Positions 9,437 to 17,707 of a DNA stretch of 51,696 nucleotides are shown here, piece by piece. Position 1 is the first letter of the stretch. Each line of letters starts with the position of its first letter. Under the pieces are notes generated by a model that was not told where the DNA came from, made no database searches, and saw only the letters and a list, made by a program, of their open reading frames with translations. The DNA comes from Acutalibacteraceae bacterium (GTDB lineage: Bacteria > Bacillota > Clostridia > Oscillospirales > Acutalibacteraceae), in the NCBI GenBank assembly GCA_051877275.1, contig JBJEIS010000095.1:1-51696 (forward strand), written 5' to 3'. The translations under genes were made by a program, and so were the position numbers.

Positions 9437-9470
9437 GCGTGTTTCGGATTATCGGAATGCGTTTTTTATT
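9437..9470 (+). terminator. Riboswitch expression-platform terminator
   Basis: Hairpin GCGTGTTTCGG-ATTAT-CGGAATGCG (includes G-U pairs) followed by TTTTTTATTT. It lies between the aptamer and the thiT RBS. Confidence 0.6.
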
Positions 9471-9507
9471 TGTCTGAAAAAATTTTATTTTTAGGAGGAC
9501 ATTAAAG

Positions 9508-10080
9508 ATGTCAAAAAGTCAGAATTTAACTAAAAGACTTGTAATCTCAGCGGTGTTCATTGCAGTTTCAATCGTACTCAATGAATTAACACCAATCAAA
9601 TTCCCGTTCGGCGGTTCGGTAACAGTATTCAGCATGGTACCTCTTGCACTTTTAGGCTGGACCTACGGTATCAAGTGGGGTCTTGTATGCGGTGCAGTTA
9701 TGGGTACGCTCGATATGCTTATCGGCGGACTTCAAAACTTTTCTTGGGTTTCGGGAATACTTGCTTACCTTATTCTCATATTTGCCGATTACTTTGTAGC
9801 TTTCGGTGTAATGGGACTTTCGGGAATGTTTAAAAACGTTATCAAAAACCAAACCGTTGCAATCGGTCTGGGTGCAGCAGTTGCCTGTTTATTAAGATTT
9901 GTTTGTCACTTTATTTCAGGTGTTACAATCTGGGCAGACTACACCAACGGTTGGGTAGGCGCATGGATTTATTCACTCACATATAACGGCGGTTATATGT
10001 TGCCTGAAACACTGATTACAATCATCGGTTGTTGTGCAGTAATTAATATCAAACCGATTACGAAAGCTTTATCAGAATAA
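9508..10080 (+). CDS. thiT: Thiamine transporter, ECF S-component ThiT
   Basis: 190-aa six-helix membrane protein preceded by a TPP riboswitch and the RBS AGGAGGA. Confidence 0.8.
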   Translation: MSKSQNLTKRLVISAVFIAVSIVLNELTPIKFPFGGSVTVFSMVPLALLGWTYGIKWGLVCGAVMGTLDMLIGGLQNFSWVSGILAYLILIFADYFVAFGVMGLSGMFKNVIKNQTVAIGLGAAVACLLRFVCHFISGVTIWADYTNGWVGAWIYSLTYNGGYMLPETLITIIGCCAVINIKPITKALSE

Positions 10081-10085
10081 GTTTT

Positions 10086-10125
10086 AAACTGTCTCTTAAA
10101 TTTTAAGAGGCAGTTTTATTTTTAA
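10086..10125 (+). terminator. Intrinsic terminator of thiT
   Basis: Stem CTGTCTCTTA / TAAGAGGCAG followed by TTTTATTTTT. Confidence 0.75.
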
Positions 10126-10199
10126 ATTGAATGGCAAAACCACCTCCTTTTTCATAAAATGTATCGACAGAATTAAATTTTATAAACGGAGGTTTTATT

Positions 10200-10979
10200 T
10201 TGATAATTACAGTTATCGGAAGCGACGGACGTCAATCACATCTTGCACATCTGCTTAACAAGCGCTATGACACAATTTATTTAAGCGGTCATGAAGAAAT
10301 AAAAACTGCCAAAAACATTATAAAACTATCCGATGTGATTATTTTACCGATGCCGGTTACAAGAGATAATATCAAAATAAACACTACCGATTATAATATA
10401 GAAGAAATTTTATCCTGTATAAGCCCTGATGCCTGTGTAATAGGCGGAATGTGCGAAAATTTAAAGTTTGACGGCAAAATCTTTGATTACGGCAAAGACG
10501 AAGTCTTTACTTTAAAAAATGCGCTTTACACCGCAGAGGCTGCAGTTGCACTCGGCATAATGAACACAAGCTTTTCACTTAACAACGCTGAAATACTGAT
10601 TCTCGGCAACGGCAGAATAGGAAAATATCTGGCGAAAATTCTTTCATCTTTCTGTGTAAAAATAACTGTAAGCGCCCGAAAGCAAAAGGATTTTGATTAT
10701 CTGAAAGCAAGAAATTTAATGTCGGTAAATACAAACGAAATAAAATCTCTTGAAAAATACGATGTTATTTTCAATACTATTCCGGAAAGTGTTTTGACAA
10801 AAAGTTCGGTTGATACAATTAAAAAAACTGCGCTTGTAATAGATTTGGCATCAAAGAAAAGCGGACTTAACACCGCGCACCTATATATTGACGCCAAGTC
10901 TTTGCCTGTTAAATATTCCGAACAAAGCGCAGCAAAAACACTTTACGATTCTGTCAGCAAATATCTTAAAAGCAAGTAG
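10200..10979 (+). CDS. dpaA: Dipicolinate synthase subunit A
   Basis: TTG start 8 nt after ACGGAGG. Internal NAD-binding fold ILILGNGRIGKYLA. Adjacent to dpaB. Confidence 0.8.
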   Translation: MIITVIGSDGRQSHLAHLLNKRYDTIYLSGHEEIKTAKNIIKLSDVIILPMPVTRDNIKINTTDYNIEEILSCISPDACVIGGMCENLKFDGKIFDYGKDEVFTLKNALYTAEAAVALGIMNTSFSLNNAEILILGNGRIGKYLAKILSSFCVKITVSARKQKDFDYLKARNLMSVNTNEIKSLEKYDVIFNTIPESVLTKSSVDTIKKTALVIDLASKKSGLNTAHLYIDAKSLPVKYSEQSAAKTLYDSVSKYLKSK

Positions 10980-11011
10980 TATTTACATTTTTTGAAAGGG
11001 TGGGTTTGAAT

Positions 11012-11584
11012 ATGAACAATGTCAGGGTAGGCTTTGCGCTATGCGGTTCTTACTGCACTTTCGCAAAGGTCATACCTGTTATTGAAAAATTGGTATCGGA
11101 AGGTGCAGATGTAACACCGATTATGTCGGAAAATGCATATTCGACAGACACAAGATTCGGAAAAGCCGAAGAACATATCAAAAGAATAGAGAACATTTGT
11201 AATAAAAAAATCATATCTTCAATTACTCAAGCCGAGCCTATCGGCCCTAAAAAATTATTTGATATACTGATTATTGAACCATGCACCGGAAACACATTGG
11301 GAAAACTGGCAAACGGAATAACCGATACAAGCGTTACAATGGCAACAAAAGCGCATCTTCGCAATAACCGCCCGGTTTTAATTGCTGTTTCAACTAATGA
11401 CGGTCTTTCAGCAAGCGCAAAAAACATAGGTATGCTGCATAACTGCAAAAATATATTCTTTGTTCCGTACCGACAGGATGACCCGCTGACAAAAGAGTGC
11501 TCGCTGGTTGCAGATTTCGACAAAACAATAGTCGCAATGCATAATGCACTGGAAAATCGACAAATGCAACCGATAATTTTATAA
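11012..11584 (+). CDS. dpaB: Dipicolinate synthase subunit B (flavoprotein-like)
   Basis: Block VGFALCGSYCTF...PIMSENAY...EPCTGNTLGKLANGITD. I prefer the ATG at 11012, which follows GAAAGGGTGG, over the track GTG at 11000. Confidence 0.85.
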   Translation: MNNVRVGFALCGSYCTFAKVIPVIEKLVSEGADVTPIMSENAYSTDTRFGKAEEHIKRIENICNKKIISSITQAEPIGPKKLFDILIIEPCTGNTLGKLANGITDTSVTMATKAHLRNNRPVLIAVSTNDGLSASAKNIGMLHNCKNIFFVPYRQDDPLTKECSLVADFDKTIVAMHNALENRQMQPIIL

Positions 11585-11607
11585 AAAGCTTAAATATTGT
11601 ATTGAAA

Positions 11608-11650
11608 AAAGATGTAAACTTTATTATAATAAAGTTACATCTCTTTTTTC
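11608..11650 (+). terminator. Intrinsic terminator of dpaAB
   Basis: Stem GATGTAAACTTTAT / ATAAAGTTACATC (one bulged base) followed by TCTTTTTT. Confidence 0.75.
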
Positions 11651-11666
11651 TAAAGGAAGTATTAAA

Positions 11667-12851
11667 ATGAAAAATAATAATTTCAAAAAATATTTTTATG
11701 CGGGCGTTACGCTGTTTTCGGTTTTAGCACTTTGTATTTTATTGTATTTTCTTCTTGATAAGCTGCCTGCAATTTTTTCAGGAGTTCAAATTTTGATTTC
11801 CGCCGCAAAACCTCTTATTTACGGCGCTTGTTTTGCTTATATATTATATCCGGTATGCCTTTTCTTTGAAAAGAATTTTCAAAAATGCTTTAAAAAGATG
11901 AAAAAAAGAAAGCTTGCAAATACTCTTACAAGAGGCATCAGTATTTTCTTAAGTATAGTTTTCGGTATCGGCGTTGTAGCTTTTATTCTTTATATGATTA
12001 TACCTCAGCTTTATGACAGCATATTAAAAATAATAAATTCTGCGCCGGTTTATATCGAAAGAATAAGTAATTTTGTTGACAGCTTCTTTAAAGATAACGA
12101 ACATATTCGTACTACTGTTTTAAATACTATTAATGAATACACCTCTGATATTACCAAGCTTCTTACAAACTGGAGCAGTCAGATAGGATTAATAGTAAAA
12201 AGCATAGGTGACGGTGTATTAAGTATTGCAATCGTAACCAAAAATATATTTATCGGTTTAATTGTTGCAATTTATCTTTTAGCTGACAGAAATCAGTTTA
12301 AAGTTGCTTTAAAAAGATTTATCGAACTTATTTTTTCTAATAAAATGTCTACGACTGTTAAAGATGAAATCAGATTTGCCAATAGCATTGTGCTGAACTT
12401 CATTTCAGGCAGACTGCTTGATTCGGCTATAATCGGTATACTCTGCTACATCTTAATGATAATTCTTAATTTGCCTTTCCCGCTTTTAATCGCAGTTTTA
12501 GTAGGCGTTACGAATGTAATTCCTTTCTTTGGTCCGTTTATCGGCGGTATTCCGGCGGGACTTCTCATTCTTATTGAAGACCCTATTAAATGCCTGATAT
12601 TTATTGTTATGATTGTTATTTTACAGCAGGTTGACGGAAACATTATCGGGCCTCGTATATTAGGCGATTCAATCGGTTTATCAAGCTTTTGGGTTCTGTT
12701 CTCAATGCTGGTATTTGGCGGTATGTTCGGTCTAACGGGTATGATTATAGGTGTTCCGGTTTTTGCAATTATATATGATATAATCAAAAAGCTCATAATT
12801 ATGTTTGAGCGAAAAAAAGCTTTAAAAAACTCCGCTGAAATAAAAAAATAA
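11667..12851 (+). CDS. AI-2E family transporter (PerM/YtvI-like integral membrane protein)
   Basis: 394 aa and polytopic. C-terminal conserved block TNVIPFFGPFIGGIPA...LQQVDGNIIGPRILG. Confidence 0.8.
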   Translation: MKNNNFKKYFYAGVTLFSVLALCILLYFLLDKLPAIFSGVQILISAAKPLIYGACFAYILYPVCLFFEKNFQKCFKKMKKRKLANTLTRGISIFLSIVFGIGVVAFILYMIIPQLYDSILKIINSAPVYIERISNFVDSFFKDNEHIRTTVLNTINEYTSDITKLLTNWSSQIGLIVKSIGDGVLSIAIVTKNIFIGLIVAIYLLADRNQFKVALKRFIELIFSNKMSTTVKDEIRFANSIVLNFISGRLLDSAIIGILCYILMIILNLPFPLLIAVLVGVTNVIPFFGPFIGGIPAGLLILIEDPIKCLIFIVMIVILQQVDGNIIGPRILGDSIGLSSFWVLFSMLVFGGMFGLTGMIIGVPVFAIIYDIIKKLIIMFERKKALKNSAEIKK

Positions 12852-12866
12852 TAAGTTATTACAGTT

Positions 12867-12897
12867 AAAAGGTCCGAAGTTTTTCGGGCCTTTTACA
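12867..12897 (+). terminator. Intrinsic terminator
   Basis: Stem AGGTCCGAA / TTCGGGCCT followed by a T run. Confidence 0.7.
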
Positions 12898-12964
12898 TTT
12901 AATACATTTTTTTGCAATTATTTTATGTAAAATAGACAAAGATTGTGTTTTTAGTTGAATTGGG

Positions 12965-12993
12965 TTGACATAACGAAGAAAATACTTCATAAT
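12965..12993 (+). promoter_or_regulatory. Sigma-A type promoter of the GH25 operon
   Basis: TTGACA (12965-12970), a 17-nt spacer, then CATAAT (12988-12993). Confidence 0.55.
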
Positions 12994-13035
12994 TATTTAT
13001 ACTATTTTTTACACTTGGAGGATTGAATTTTTTAT

Positions 13036-14904
13036 ATGAAGAAGATTGTCGCGTTTATTATTGTTATGGTGTTTTTTTTGCAGTCAAGTTTAACTTCATT
13101 TGCTTTTACTGACACGCAAAACAACCCTTTTACATCAAAAAAATATACACACGACGATAAATTTATCGGTTATCAGATTTCATACGGAGTTGACGTTTCG
13201 GAATGGCAGAGCTCGGCTGATTTTGCCAAGGTAAAAGCTGCAGGCGCCGACTATGTTATACTTCGTGCTGCCTGCCGAGGATATGCCTCAAAAGGTACAT
13301 TATTTAAAGATAAAAAATTCGACCAATATATAGTTGCCGCTCAAAACGCGGGACTTGATGTAGGCGCCTATATTTTCTCACAAGCCATTACTGTGAAAGA
13401 AGCGCAAGAGGAAGCAGATTACATTTTAAATATAGTAAAGAATTATAAAATAACATTACCTATTGTTTTTGACTATGAGTATACAGGCCCTTCAACCGCA
13501 AGACTTCGTGCAGCAAATCTTACAAACAAACAAAGAACCAATATATGTCTTGCTTTTTGCAAACGAGTTGAAGATGCCGGTTATACCGCTATGGTTTATG
13601 CAAACCAATCTATGCTTACAGGTGATTTGGTTGATGAAACCATTGCAAAAGAATATGATATTTGGCTTGCTAACTACTCAACCTCTCCAAAATACAACGG
13701 AAAATTATATGATTGTGATTATACATACTGGCAGTATTCAAGCACCGGTAAAGTTAACGGACTGCCTGGCAATATAGACTGTAACTTCAGATATTTTAAA
13801 GCCCCTCAAACTGTAACCGGATTAAAAATTATTGACGAATCAATAACTGAAACCAAAATCGGCTGGAATAAGGTTAAAGGCTGTTACGGTTATGAAATTT
13901 TCAGGCTTAATGCAACCACAAATCAGTATGATTATATAGGGCTTAGCAAAGGCGCAGGCAAAACCTCTTTTAGCGACAAAACAATAAACGGAATGCCTGC
14001 TACATACAAAGTTCGTGCTATCTCAGCTTATAAAGGCTCAATGACGGGCGGCGGCTTTTCCGAGCCTTTGACAACAACCGGCTGCTTTATAATCAATGTT
14101 GATTCATACAGCACCGGGAAATGTACTATAAGCTGGCCTGCTTATGAAAACGCAACGGAATATGAAGTTTACCGATGTGCTTCAGAAAACGGCACTTACT
14201 CTTTAATCGGAAAAACCGATGCAAATACGAGAACATTCACCGATACAACTAAATCCGGCTTTAAAACCTATTATTATAAGATTAGAGCTGTTGTAAGGGA
14301 TTCAAACGGATTAACTACCGATTTAAGATATACACCTGTTAAGGCGGTTAAAAAACAGCAGCCTAAAATCAAAAGTGTTGCTTTAAGTTCAAATACCAAG
14401 ATTAAAATAACATGGAGCAATGTTGCAGGCGCAAGCGGAACTAAAATTTACAGGAAAGCCGCAAACGGAAAATATAAAAGAATCAAAACAATAAATAATA
14501 ATACAACCACATCTTTTGTAGATAAAAGCGTTAAAAAAGGTACAAAATATTCATATCAAATCCGCCAGTTTGTAACTGTCGGCGGCGTTAACTATTACAG
14601 TGATTATACTTCGGTAAAATCCGCAACGCCTATGAAAACGGTATCAATTACCGTTACACCGTCAAAGAAAAAAGTTAAAATCAGCTACAAGAAGGTCGCA
14701 GGAGCAAGCGGATATGAAATTTATATGAAACAATCCGGCGGAACATATAAGTTAATAAAATCTACATCAAAATCTTCTTATACCAAAACTAAGCTTTCCG
14801 CAGGCAAAAAGTACTCATTTAAAGTGAGAGCTTATAAAAAAGTAAACGGCAAAAGAGTTTATGCCTCATTCTCAAAAGTAAAAACCGTAAGACCAAAGTA
14901 TTAA
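13036..14904 (+). CDS. Secreted GH25 muramidase (lysozyme) with four C-terminal Fn3-like repeats
   Basis: Signal peptide. GH25 blocks GVDVSEWQSSADFAKVKAAGADYVILRA and PIVFDYEY. These are followed by four modules of about 90 aa. Confidence 0.85.
   Translation: MKKIVAFIIVMVFFLQSSLTSFAFTDTQNNPFTSKKYTHDDKFIGYQISYGVDVSEWQSSADFAKVKAAGADYVILRAACRGYASKGTLFKDKKFDQYIVAAQNAGLDVGAYIFSQAITVKEAQEEADYILNIVKNYKITLPIVFDYEYTGPSTARLRAANLTNKQRTNICLAFCKRVEDAGYTAMVYANQSMLTGDLVDETIAKEYDIWLANYSTSPKYNGKLYDCDYTYWQYSSTGKVNGLPGNIDCNFRYFKAPQTVTGLKIIDESITETKIGWNKVKGCYGYEIFRLNATTNQYDYIGLSKGAGKTSFSDKTINGMPATYKVRAISAYKGSMTGGGFSEPLTTTGCFIINVDSYSTGKCTISWPAYENATEYEVYRCASENGTYSLIGKTDANTRTFTDTTKSGFKTYYYKIRAVVRDSNGLTTDLRYTPVKAVKKQQPKIKSVALSSNTKIKITWSNVAGASGTKIYRKAANGKYKRIKTINNNTTTSFVDKSVKKGTKYSYQIRQFVTVGGVNYYSDYTSVKSATPMKTVSITVTPSKKKVKISYKKVAGASGYEIYMKQSGGTYKLIKSTSKSSYTKTKLSAGKKYSFKVRAYKKVNGKRVYASFSKVKTVRPKY
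13801..14901 (+). repeat. Four tandem Fn3-like modules of about 90 aa inside the GH25 gene
   Basis: Recurring pattern W-x-x-V-x-G-x-x-G-Y-E-I-Y-R ... Y-x-Y-K-V-R-A ... seen four times (GYEIFR, EYEVYR, GTKIYRK, GYEIYMK). Confidence 0.7.
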
Positions 14905-14916
14905 TAGGTATCAGCT

Positions 14917-15654
14917 ATGAAAATTGCGAAAATTATAATTAAATATTTTTGGTACGCCATAATCGGCATTACACTATTGTTTTACTGCTTTTCATGCTTT
15001 ATGGGATATCAGGTTAAAAAGATTGCAGTTTCTTCGATTGAATCTATGGGGACTAAGTATGTAGATTTCGAAGATAAAATCTACGATTTTGATTATGAAA
15101 AGCTGTGGCACGAAACACCTGATAATGCTTCTTTTGACAGAACTCAAATACAAGAGCAGGGAAAAATGCAAAAATACACGGTTTCCAATCCCGAAATAAT
15201 AAAAATCGACGGTGTAAATCAATTTAAAATAGGTTATGTTTATAACATTCATATCTATGATAAATCAGGCGAAGAGACTACCGCAATTGCACAGCCGAAT
15301 TCAAAAGTTGTGCTTAATATTAAAATTAAAAACGGCTCTTTTTTCGTTGAAAGCGTTTTGTATGACAATGATTTTAATGAATATTCGGTAGGCAGTTATT
15401 TTTATGAAAGCGTGCTGATAATACTACTGCTTATAAACGCTGTTGTAAGAAACATTAAATATTTTGATTATTATGTTATAAATAAATGCAAGAAAAATGT
15501 TTTAAGATATATTCAGCCTTATATTTTCGTTGTATTATTAATTCTTGCAGCTGTATTTGATATTTTACCAATAGCTTTGATTATTGGTATAACCGAAGAA
15601 TTAGCTTTTACAATCATATATTTTATTTTAAAATACAAAAGAAGCTCCGATTAA
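14917..15654 (+). CDS. Hypothetical membrane protein (N-terminal TM, soluble middle, C-terminal TM pair)
   Basis: ORF starts 12 nt after the GH25 stop. Hydrophobic segments lie at both ends. I recognise no motif. Confidence 0.6.
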   Translation: MKIAKIIIKYFWYAIIGITLLFYCFSCFMGYQVKKIAVSSIESMGTKYVDFEDKIYDFDYEKLWHETPDNASFDRTQIQEQGKMQKYTVSNPEIIKIDGVNQFKIGYVYNIHIYDKSGEETTAIAQPNSKVVLNIKIKNGSFFVESVLYDNDFNEYSVGSYFYESVLIILLLINAVVRNIKYFDYYVINKCKKNVLRYIQPYIFVVLLILAAVFDILPIALIIGITEELAFTIIYFILKYKRSSD

Positions 15655-15668
15655 CGGAGCTTTTTTTA
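15640..15668 (+). terminator. Intrinsic terminator of the GH25 operon
   Basis: Stem AAGCTCCG / CGGAGCTT overlapping the stop codon, followed by T7. Confidence 0.8.
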
Positions 15669-15686
15669 TAGCATACAGTAACAGTA

Positions 15687-15719
15687 ACAAAAAACGCGGC
15701 TTTTCTTTAAGCCGCGTTA
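15687..15719 (-). terminator. Intrinsic terminator of ptsH
   Basis: Stem ACGCGGCTT / AAGCCGCGT. On the minus strand it is followed by a T6 run. Confidence 0.8.
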
Positions 15720-15740
15720 ATAAATTCATATGTTTTAAAA

Positions 15741-16004
15741 TTATTCAGCGAAACCTGATAAAACGAGATTTACAAGTGCTTCAACAGCTTCGTTTTCGTC
15801 AGAACCGTCAGCGATAATGCGAATTGATGTTCCGCCTAAAATTCCTAAAGAAAGAACACCGAGAAGACTCTTTGCGTTTACTCTTCTTTCTTCTTTTTCA
15901 ACCCAAATTGATGATTTAAATTCATTAGCTTTCTGAATGAAAAAAGTAGCAGGGCGGGCATGAAGTCCAACCTGATTCTGAACAACTACATCTTTAACAT
16001 ACAT
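15741..16004 (-). CDS. ptsH: Phosphocarrier protein HPr
   Basis: GLHARPA places His15, and NAKSLLGV places Ser46, when counted from the second Met (MYVKDVVV). I prefer that start, which follows GAAAGGAA. The track start is 16031. Confidence 0.9.
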   Translation of the reverse strand: MYVKDVVVQNQVGLHARPATFFIQKANEFKSSIWVEKEERRVNAKSLLGVLSLGILGGTSIRIIADGSDENEAVEALVNLVLSGFAE

Positions 16005-16116
16005 ATTAAAAACATTCCTTTCACTAATCAAAACCGAAATTCTGATTTAGTTTTATAAATATTGTTGCTCTAACACAAACAGAACAACGTAGAGTTTGAA
16101 AATAAATACTATTTGT

Positions 16117-16144
16117 ATTATACCACAATTTCAGCATAGGTCAA
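16117..16144 (-). promoter_or_regulatory. Sigma-A type promoter of ptsH
   Basis: Minus strand reads TTGACC (16144-16139), a 16-nt spacer, then TATAAT (16122-16117). This leaves a 5' UTR of about 110 nt. Confidence 0.55.
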
Positions 16145-16297
16145 TCAAAATAATTCACATTTTCATTAAAATCTATTCTATTCACAAACCTTTAAATTTT
16201 AAAGTGAAATCATTTGTGTAAATTACACAAAAAAATAATTAATTTTTATACATCTCACCATTATACAATATGCAAAATATCTCTATTTCGACAAGTA

Positions 16298-17032
16298 TCA
16301 CTGTTCTTCCTCTAATTTTTTTATAAAATCTTTGTCACTTTCAGATAATTCCGCATTTTTCAAAAGCTCCGGTCTTTTTTTGAAGGTGTTAATCAAACTC
16401 TGCTCACGCTTAAATTTTTCAATATTAGCATGATGCCCTGACATCAACACCTCCGGAACCTCTCTGCCTTGCCATTGCGCAGGTCTCGTATACTGCGGAT
16501 ACTCTAAAAGACCGTTAAAGTGGCTCTCTTCAGTAAAACATTCCTCATTGGAAAGCACACCGTCAACCATTCTTGCAACTGCATCTGTAAGCACCAAAGC
16601 AGGTAATTCACCGCCGGTAAGCACATAATCACCGATTGAAATTTCCTCATCGCAAAGCTTATCTAAAATGCGCTGGTCTACACCTTCATAGTGTCCGCAC
16701 AAAAGCACTAAATTATCCATTTTTGAAAGTTCCATAGCCTTTTTCTGCGTAAGTGTTTTTCCCTGAGGCGACATAAAAATGAAATGCGGTCTGGTTTTTG
16801 TTTCATCAACAATGGCATTAAAGCAATCGTCAATCGGCTGCGCGGTCATAATCATTCCGTTTCCGCCGCCGTAAGGCATTTCATCGGTTTTTCTATGCTT
16901 ATCAATTGAATAATCTCTGATATTATGGCATTTTACTGTAATTTTACCGGCTTCTCTCGCTCTGCCGATGATGCTTTCAGAAAGATAAGCCTCCATCATA
17001 TCAGGGAAAATGGTCATAATATCAATCCTCAT
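16298..17032 (-). CDS. trmD: tRNA (guanine37-N1)-methyltransferase
   Basis: MRIDIMTIFPDMM start block and the SPOUT-family C-terminal region. The ATG at 17032 overlaps the rimM stop. The track uses the TTG at 17038. Confidence 0.9.
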   Translation of the reverse strand: MRIDIMTIFPDMMEAYLSESIIGRAREAGKITVKCHNIRDYSIDKHRKTDEMPYGGGNGMIMTAQPIDDCFNAIVDETKTRPHFIFMSPQGKTLTQKKAMELSKMDNLVLLCGHYEGVDQRILDKLCDEEISIGDYVLTGGELPALVLTDAVARMVDGVLSNEECFTEESHFNGLLEYPQYTRPAQWQGREVPEVLMSGHHANIEKFKREQSLINTFKKRPELLKNAELSESDKDFIKKLEEEQ

Positions 17033-17534
17033 CGTCAAAAATTCCTTTCAACGGGCGGATTATAACTTTCTCATTATCTGTATCAACATTGATTACAACA
17101 TCAGGAATAGACGGAATTAAATATTCAGTTCCGTCTTTTTCAATATGCCATACATCATTTGCCCCTGTTTGTGACACATCGGTAATAACACCGAGGTTTT
17201 CACCGCTATCTGCATCAAAAACCCGGCAGCCAAACAAATCGCACTGAAAGAACACGCCTTTTGGCAAAACTGCGTCTTGTCTGTCTAAATATAGAACCTT
17301 ACCTCTGTATTTCTCAGCTTCCTCAATTGTATCAACGCCTTTTACTTTAAGCAAAACAATATTCTTATGCACTCTTGAAGCGCTAATTTTTAAAGAAGTA
17401 CCGTTTTTATCAAGATAAAGCGTTTTAAATTTTGTCAAAAATTCAGGGCTGTCACACCATGGCTGAACTCGCATTTCGCCTCTTATTCCATGAGTTCCCA
17501 CAACTTTTCCCGTTTCGATATATCTTTCTTTCAT
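17022..17534 (-). CDS. rimM: 16S rRNA processing protein RimM
   Basis: Block GKVVGTHGIRGEMRV. Length is 170 aa. It lies immediately upstream of trmD. Confidence 0.88.
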   Translation of the reverse strand: MKERYIETGKVVGTHGIRGEMRVQPWCDSPEFLTKFKTLYLDKNGTSLKISASRVHKNIVLLKVKGVDTIEEAEKYRGKVLYLDRQDAVLPKGVFFQCDLFGCRVFDADSGENLGVITDVSQTGANDVWHIEKDGTEYLIPSIPDVVINVDTDNEKVIIRPLKGIFDDED

Positions 17535-17667
17535 TTACAAAATCCCTTTTAATATATAATGAAATTATTTTATCACAATAAAATTATATAGTCAAGCAAA
17601 AGCCTTTGTTTGACTAAGTTGCTACAAAGTATAAATACTCTTTTCCCTAAAGTAATCAATAAGATAG

Positions 17668-17705
17668 ATAAAAAATCCTTCAAGAAAAATCTTGAAGGAT
17701 TTTTA
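17668..17705 (-). terminator. Intrinsic terminator of ftsH
   Basis: Stem AATCCTTCAAG / CTTGAAGGATT with a T run on the minus strand. Confidence 0.8.
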
Positions 17706-17707
17706 AA

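Noticed and set aside
10130-10165. Sporulation sigma-K/E-type promoter for dpaAB. CATAAAATG at 10153-10161 resembles the CATAnnnTA -10 element.
   Set aside because: There is only a -10-like element. The expected AC (sigma-K) or ATA-type (sigma-E) -35 is not at the right spacing, so I cannot support the call.
13071-13080. A T8 homopolymer inside the signal-peptide coding part of the GH25 gene, considered as a possible phase-variation tract.
   Set aside because: The tract simply encodes Phe-Phe-Leu in a hydrophobic signal peptide. It is at the short end for slipped-strand switching, and there is no population evidence.
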